DNA of 3,380 nucleotides from a virus (taxonomy: Duplodnaviria; Heunggongvirae; Uroviricota; Caudoviricetes). The notes under the pieces were generated by a model. It had not been told where the DNA came from. It searched no databases and was given only the letters and a program-made list of their open reading frames with translations. Of this stretch, positions 1 to 3,380 are shown piece by piece. The DNA lies in IMG/VR virus record IMGVR_UViG_2695420687_000016. One strand, written 5' to 3'. How positions within the stretch are numbered: position 1 is the stretch's first letter; every line of letters begins with the position of its first letter. A program made the position numbers and the translations under genes.

Positions 1-237
1 ATGCCAGAGATCAAATCGACGGCGCTGCCACAGGTTCAGACCGGCATTCCTGCGACGCTCTCATATGATTTACTCGCCAGACGCCCGGATCTACAAGCCA
101 TGCGCTGGTATGTTCAGGCATCGCTAAATCAGGTAGATGCAGCACGTGCACTGTTCTATCCGANCTTNGANANNAAANNGTNTTACAATATGATCTACGA
201 AGAAATCCGTAAAAAGAAAGCACAAAACGCATCATAG
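1..237 (+). pseudogene. Fragment of an outer-membrane efflux factor (TolC/NodT/OprM family). OMF-like sequence occupies nt 1-162; the in-frame tail (183-237) does not resemble the family.
   Basis: Translation ...LSYDLLARRPDLQAMRWYVQASLNQVDAARALFYP matches the conserved internal OMF motif (compare OprM/CusC LLxRRPDIxxAEhxLxAAxAxIGxAxAAFFP), which normally sits about 180 aa before the C-terminus. Here the frame ends 25 codons later after ambiguous bases (164-182) with the unrelated tail YNMIYEEIRKKKAQNAS. Family assignment is from memory. Confidence 0.6.
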
Positions 238-278
238 CTCACCAAACAACTAGTCACCAGTTAAGACACCGCAAAATT

Positions 279-315
279 TACCCATAGGTATTTACTTTTT
301 AAATACCTATGGGTA
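279..315. repeat. Perfect 16-bp inverted repeat (tacccataggtattta / taaatacctatgggta) with a 5-nt spacer, followed by T-rich tatccttcttttcat. Candidate + strand intrinsic terminator or protein-binding palindrome.
   Basis: Direct reverse-complement check of 279-294 against 300-315 is perfect. T-rich run at 316-328 on the + strand; A-rich run at 272-276 upstream. Confidence 0.6.
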
Positions 316-501
316 TCCTTCTTTTCATACCAACCCACCCCGCCCCACAGAATGCAGGGCAATACTTCGAGTTACCAGGCAGTGGTCAGGGGTTAAGTAG
401 CCAGCCCGAGGCGTAAGAACATGACGGCAGGGTTCAACTTTAATAACTATGCAGCAGGTTTTTGTTCCGCTACCCCGGCGTTAAGGGGAAATGAGGTCAG
501 C

Positions 502-657
502 ATGGATACTATCGATCTTGGCAACAGCGAATCTCTGGTATGTGGCGTGTTCCCCAACCAGGACGGTACGTTCACCGCAATGACGTATACCAAAAGCAAA
601 ACGTTTAAAACCGAAAATGGTGCCCGTCGCTGGCTGGAAAGAAACTCAGGTGAGTGA
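502..657 (+). CDS. ydfA: Small prophage protein YdfA-like (51 aa), first ORF of the dicB operon.
   Basis: ATG at 502 preceded by GAGG (493-496) at 5 nt; 51 codons, same length as K-12 Qin YdfA; positioned before ydfB-ydfC-dicF-dicB. An alternative upstream ATG at 421 would give 78 aa. Confidence 0.65.
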   Translation: MDTIDLGNSESLVCGVFPNQDGTFTAMTYTKSKTFKTENGARRWLERNSGE

Positions 658-658
658 T

Positions 659-787
659 ATGGATTTTGACACAATCATGGAAAAGGCTTACGAAGAATAC
701 TTCGAAGGCCTTGCCGAAGGCGAAGAAGCTCACAGCTTCAACGAATTTAAACAGGTGCTTTCCAGTTCGGCAAAATCTAACGGCTGA
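659..787 (+). CDS. ydfB: Small acidic prophage protein YdfB-like (42 aa), translationally coupled to ydfA.
   Basis: ATG at 659 lies 1 nt after the ydfA stop (TGA 655-657); AGGTGAG Shine-Dalgarno just upstream; 42 aa (MDFDTIMEKAYEEYFEGLAEGEEAHSFNEFKQVLSSSAKSNG), same length as K-12 YdfB. Below the 60-aa cutoff of the ORF track, found by hand translation. Confidence 0.6.
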   Translation: MDFDTIMEKAYEEYFEGLAEGEEAHSFNEFKQVLSSSAKSNG

Positions 788-816
788 TAAGCGAAACAGC
801 ACCGCGAGGAATCAGT

Positions 817-1035
817 ATGCAGAAACGAGAACCCGTCATCATCGCGCCAGACTATACCGATGATGAACTTTATGAGTGGATGCGCCAGAAAATTAATGCA
901 GCGCAGGATCTGAAATGGGCTAATGAAGCCAGAGCTAAGCAGGCTGAAAATCTGTCCGCTCTGGAGCAGGATATCACCAATCTGGAAAAAGCAGCGGCAT
1001 TAAGCATTGCCAGAATGATTACATACCCGCGTTAA
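817..1035 (+). CDS. ydfC: Small prophage protein YdfC-like (72 aa), predicted helical/coiled-coil.
   Basis: ATG at 817 preceded by GAGGA at 8 nt; 72 aa, same length as K-12 YdfC; sequence (…KINAAQDLKWANEARAKQAENLSALEQDITNLEKAAALSIARM) is heptad-like. Confidence 0.7.
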   Translation: MQKREPVIIAPDYTDDELYEWMRQKINAAQDLKWANEARAKQAENLSALEQDITNLEKAAALSIARMITYPR

Positions 1036-1375
1036 TAGCTAACCAACGAAGCTAAGGTTGGTAATTAAGGAGTTCTCCACGGGTGAGGTGGAGTGCGTGT
1101 GCCGGACACGGGTGAGCATCCGGCACTGACAGTTTACTGAAAGGATATTTCCCTGAAAAGTCAGACCATAACGCGAAAGCGCACGGCGAGGTAGCTGGTT
1201 CATAGATAGCCTGTCGTTAAATTTTCGTCGACCGTGCGCTTCCGGTTGTGGCACTCCGCGAAATGGCGCGGCGGTAAGTATGGCGGGGTTATTCCTTCCC
1301 CGTTGAGGACACCGGGTTGTCAGGTTGACCATACGCTTAAGTGACAACCCCGCTGCAACGCCCTCTGTTATCAAT
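1036..1375 (+). promoter_or_regulatory. About 340-nt untranslated, GC-rich, hairpin-dense leader between ydfC and dicF; presumed precursor/processing region of the dicF transcript.
   Basis: No credible + strand ORF. Perfect stems at 1099-1106/1119-1126 (gtgccgga/tccggcac), 1177-1186/1232-1241 (aagcgcacgg/ccgtgcgctt) and 1314-1322/1342-1350 (gggttgtca/tgacaaccc). DicF is known to be excised from a polycistronic transcript. Confidence 0.5.
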
Positions 1376-1433
1376 TTTCTGGTGACGTTTGGCGGTATCA
1401 GTTTTACTCCGTGACTGCTCTGCCGCCCTTTTT
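1376..1433 (+). ncRNA. dicF: DicF small regulatory RNA (about 53 nt plus U-tail), the ftsZ-targeting antisense sRNA of the Qin-type dicB operon.
   Basis: Sequence tttctggtgacgtttggcggtatcagttttactccgtgactgctctgccgccc followed by ttttt matches the DicF RNA as I recall it (Rfam DicF family); located immediately upstream of dicB as in K-12. Confidence 0.85.
1391..1433 (+). terminator. Intrinsic terminator forming the 3' end of DicF: GGCGG/CCGCC closing stem with inner stem-loop, then a T5 run.
   Basis: ggcgg (1391-1395) pairs with ccgcc (1423-1427); ttttt at 1429-1433. Confidence 0.6.
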
Positions 1434-1437
1434 AAAG

Positions 1438-1585
1438 TGAATTTTGTGATGTGGTGAATGCGGCTGAGCGCACGCGGAACAGTTAAAACCAAAAACAGTG
1501 TTATGGGTGGATTCTCTGTATCCGGCGTTAATTGTTAACTGGTTAACGTCACCTGGAGGCACCAGGCACCGCATCACAAAATTCA
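1438..1585 (+). promoter_or_regulatory. Long-range inverted repeat able to form a 19-bp RNA duplex (one G-U) bracketing the dicF-dicB spacer; candidate RNase III processing helix or translational control element for dicB.
   Basis: Arm 1438-1456 tgaattttgtgatgtggtg against arm 1567-1585 caccgcatcacaaaattca (reverse complement tgaattttgtgatgcggtg), 18 of 19 identical. The right arm ends 6 nt before the dicB Shine-Dalgarno GAGGA (1591-1595). Confidence 0.5.
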
Positions 1586-1602
1586 TTGTTGAGGACGCGA
1601 TA

Positions 1603-1791
1603 ATGGAAACGTTATTACCAAACGTTAATACGTCTGAAGGTTGTTTTGAAATTGGTGTCACTATCAGCAATCAGATATTTACTGAAGATGCCATTAATAA
1701 AAGAAAACACGAACAGGAACTGCTAAATAAAATATGCATTGTTTCGATGCTGGCCCGTTTACGTCTGATGCAAACAGGATGCAGGCAATGA
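1603..1791 (+). CDS. dicB: Cell-division inhibitor DicB (62 aa). In K-12 it acts through MinC/ZipA and also blocks ManYZ-dependent phage DNA entry.
   Basis: ATG at 1603 with GAGGA 7 nt upstream; product METLLPNVNTSEGCFEIGVTISNQIFTEDAINKRKHEQELLNKICIVSMLARLRLMQTGCRQ is very close to K-12 DicB as I remember it (MKTLLPNVNTSEGCFEIGVTISNPVFTEDAINKRK...), same length. The longer listed ORF 1498..1791 is an in-frame upstream extension with no better start signal. Confidence 0.85.
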   Translation: METLLPNVNTSEGCFEIGVTISNQIFTEDAINKRKHEQELLNKICIVSMLARLRLMQTGCRQ

Positions 1792-1979
1792 ATACGGCAT
1801 TTGTACTCGTTCTGACTGTTTTGTTTGTTTCTGGTGAACCGATTGATCTTGTTATTGACATACATGACTCAATGGAAGAATGCATGACTGCCGCGGCAGA
1901 GCAAAAAATTCCCGGGAACTGTTATCCTGTCGACAAAGTTATTCGCATGAACAATAACGAAATCCCGGCAGGCCTTTAA
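1788..1979 (+). CDS. ydfD: YdfD-like small membrane protein (63 aa; K-12 YdfD is a lysis-inducing protein), translationally coupled to dicB.
   Basis: ATG 1788-1790 overlaps the dicB stop TGA 1789-1791 (ATGA); 63 aa, same length as K-12 YdfD; N-terminal hydrophobic helix TAFVLVLTVLFVSG. The listed ORF 1734..1979 is an in-frame extension. Confidence 0.7.
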   Translation: MNTAFVLVLTVLFVSGEPIDLVIDIHDSMEECMTAAAEQKIPGNCYPVDKVIRMNNNEIPAGL

Positions 1980-2071
1980 AACAGCCCCATAATAAATATC
2001 CGGCTTTATTTTTATATGTCAGCAATGGCAGGGATTTGTTCACCCTTAAATCTGTAATGAGGTAAAACAAA

Positions 2072-2653
2072 ATGAGTAAAGTCTTTATTTGCGCCGCCAT
2101 TCCGGACGAACAGGCAACAGCAGAAGGCGCTAAACCTGTGGCCACTGCCATTGAAGCAGGCGACGAACGCCGGGCAAGAGCCAAATTTAGCTGGTTATTT
2201 CTGGAACAATACCCGGAAGCCCAGGACTGTGCTTATAAATTTCTTGTCTGCGAGGATAAACCCGGCATGGCCCGCCCTGCTCTCGATTCCTGGGATTCCG
2301 AATATATGCAGGAAAACCGCTGGAATGAGGAGTCGGCTTCCTTTGTTCCGGTCGACCCTGAACCGGATACAGAAACTGTTAACTTTAATCAGTTATCTGA
2401 AGACAAGCGGGCTGCTGTCCTTGTCAGGTTCGGTACACATGAAAATATCACCGTGGATATGGTCATCAATGCAAGCGGGCTTCTCGGCGATGACGAGATG
2501 ACGACTTTTGATGGACACCTCACTGAAGCAATTATCAGGACTAAAGAAATTAACGCCATGTATCCTGAGCNNCNNNCTGNGTACATCNNCCCGCTGCCAA
2601 AGGCGTTGACGCCGAGCAATCCGCGCTGGATAATGAGTAGACCATCTCACTGA
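2072..2653 (+). CDS. Hypothetical acidic protein (193 aa; about 32 Asp/Glu against 15 Lys/Arg in the first 165 residues), no family recognised; occupies the ydfE position downstream of ydfD.
   Basis: ATG at 2072 immediately after an in-frame stop, GAGG 9 nt upstream; long ORF with protein-like composition. The C-terminal region crosses ambiguous bases (2571-2588), so the last 30 or so residues are uncertain. Confidence 0.6.
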   Translation: MSKVFICAAIPDEQATAEGAKPVATAIEAGDERRARAKFSWLFLEQYPEAQDCAYKFLVCEDKPGMARPALDSWDSEYMQENRWNEESASFVPVDPEPDTETVNFNQLSEDKRAAVLVRFGTHENITVDMVINASGLLGDDEMTTFDGHLTEAIIRTKEINAMYPEXXXXYIXPLPKALTPSNPRWIMSRPSH

Positions 2654-2684
2654 TTGACATATCACGTTCAGGGCGCATATTCAG

Positions 2685-3380
2685 ATGTCCATATATAAAA
2701 TTCCTCTCCCGCTCAATATTCTGGAAGCAGCGCAAGACCGTATCACCTGGACACTCAATACCCTGCCTCGCGTATGCGTGTCTTTTTCTGGCGGTAAAGA
2801 TTCTGGTTTAATGCTCCATCTGACCGCGGAACTGGCGAGAAAACTCAATAAAAAAATTTATATTTTATTCATCGATTGGGAAGCGCAGTTTACCTACACC
2901 ATCGACTATGTCCAGTCTCTACGGAAACAATATGCCGACGTCACTGAAGCGTTTTACTGGGTAGCGCTGCCATTAACAACGCAAAATTCGCTTTCCCAAT
3001 ATCAACCAGAATGGCAATGTTGGGAACCGGGTATTGAATGGGTGCGTCAGCCACCAAAAGACGCAATAACCGATCCTGAATTTTTCTCGTTTTATCAACC
3101 CGGAATGACCTTCGAACAATTCGTGCGTGAATTTGCCGATTGGTTTTCGCAAAAACGTCCGGCAGCGATGATGATCGGCATCCGCGCTGATGAGTCCTAT
3201 AACCGTTTTGTCGCCATCGCCAGTTTAAATAAACAGCGTTTTGCCGACGATAAGCCCTGGACTACTGCTGCGCCAGGCGGACACAGTTGGTACGTTTACC
3301 CCATCTACGACTGGAAAGTTTACCTGGTGCAAATAGTACGCCTGCCTGCTGGAATAGCTCGGTCGCTTCGATGGTGGTAG
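2685..3380 (+). CDS. PP-loop ATP-pyrophosphatase / PAPS-reductase-like protein (YbdN/IbrA-like, DUF3440-type), 231 aa as read; likely truncated or disrupted near its 3' end compared with the roughly 400-aa family.
   Basis: Canonical PP-loop motif SFSGGKDS (SGGKDS encoded at nt 2787-2804); downstream family-like blocks (IDWEAQF, MIGIRADES, PIYDWK). ORF ends at TAG 3378-3380 with a tail (VYLVQIVRLPAGIARSLRWW) that does not resemble what normally follows the DW motif. Confidence 0.75.
   Translation: MSIYKIPLPLNILEAAQDRITWTLNTLPRVCVSFSGGKDSGLMLHLTAELARKLNKKIYILFIDWEAQFTYTIDYVQSLRKQYADVTEAFYWVALPLTTQNSLSQYQPEWQCWEPGIEWVRQPPKDAITDPEFFSFYQPGMTFEQFVREFADWFSQKRPAAMMIGIRADESYNRFVAIASLNKQRFADDKPWTTAAPGGHSWYVYPIYDWKVYLVQIVRLPAGIARSLRWW

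Noticed and set aside
11-235. Minus-strand 74-aa ORF antisense to the OMF fragment
   Set aside because: The + strand frame carries a recognisable OMF motif; the antisense ORF is most likely a shadow ORF.
421-501. Longer 78-aa version of ydfA starting at ATG 421
   Set aside because: The ATG at 502 gives the 51-aa length expected for YdfA and has a well-spaced GAGG; the upstream extension cannot be excluded but is less parsimonious.
380-501. Sigma70 promoter for the dicB operon upstream of ydfA
   Set aside because: Only weak -10-like hexamers (for example tttaat at 439-444) without a convincing -35; not strong enough to annotate.
447-802. Minus-strand ORFs 447..674 and 605..802, and + strand GTG-start ORF 654..863
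   Set aside because: Overlap the ydfA-ydfB-ydfC frames, which have Shine-Dalgarno sites and coupling; the alternatives have none.
1039-1374. 111-aa minus-strand ORF exactly filling the ydfC-dicF gap
   Set aside because: Starts with TTG, is Arg-rich with non-protein-like composition, and lies antisense to a GC-rich structured RNA leader where long spurious ORFs are expected.
1036-1600. Retron msr/msd or group II intron fragment suggested by the dense RNA structure
   Set aside because: No reverse transcriptase or intron-encoded ORF nearby, and the region contains the recognisable DicF sRNA, which explains the structured RNA.
1404-1885. Minus-strand ORFs 1404..1670, 1671..1865 and 1694..1885
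   Set aside because: Antisense to dicF, dicB and ydfD, which are well supported on the + strand; no independent start signals; judged spurious.
2150-2190. ParB-like 'GERRxRA' motif (AGDERRARAKF) in the 193-aa protein, which would make it the ParB-like partner of the PP-loop enzyme as in IbrB/YbdM
   Set aside because: The motif lies only about 30 residues from the N-terminus with no room for the preceding ParB box I region; probably a chance resemblance. Worth a profile search but not asserted.
1939-2735. Minus-strand ORFs 1939..2184, 2389..2619, 2393..2665, 2550..2735 and + strand ORF 2151..2501
   Set aside because: All overlap the long 193-aa + strand ORF in other frames or antisense; some run through ambiguous bases; no supporting signals.
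3316-3380. IS-element terminal inverted repeat at the right edge
   Set aside because: The sequence did not match terminal repeats of common enterobacterial IS elements as I recall them; too little sequence to decide.
1-3380. CRISPR arrays, tRNA or rRNA genes
   Set aside because: No regularly spaced direct repeats and no tRNA-like or rRNA-like conserved sequence were seen.

Overview
This window looks like the early-left 'dicB operon' of a Qin/Kim-type lambdoid (cryptic) prophage from an Escherichia/Shigella-like genome, all on the + strand: ydfA (51 aa), ydfB (42 aa), ydfC (72 aa), a long structured untranslated leader, the sRNA dicF with its intrinsic terminator, dicB (62 aa division inhibitor), ydfD (63 aa small membrane/lysis protein), then a 193-aa acidic hypothetical protein and a PP-loop (PAPS-reductase-like, YbdN/IbrA-type) protein that runs to the window end. 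The left edge carries an in-frame fragment of a TolC/NodT-family outer-membrane efflux gene that loses family similarity at a cluster of ambiguous bases, and no DicA-like repressor gene lies upstream of ydfA. Gene identities rest on my recollection of the E. coli K-12 Qin proteins and DicF RNA (lengths match exactly; sequences appear highly similar), not on a database search. The most plausible place for anything undescribed is the acidic-protein plus PP-loop-enzyme pair downstream of dicB-ydfD, with the RNA structures around dicF a secondary candidate. No CRISPR array, tRNA, rRNA or recognisable IS element was seen.
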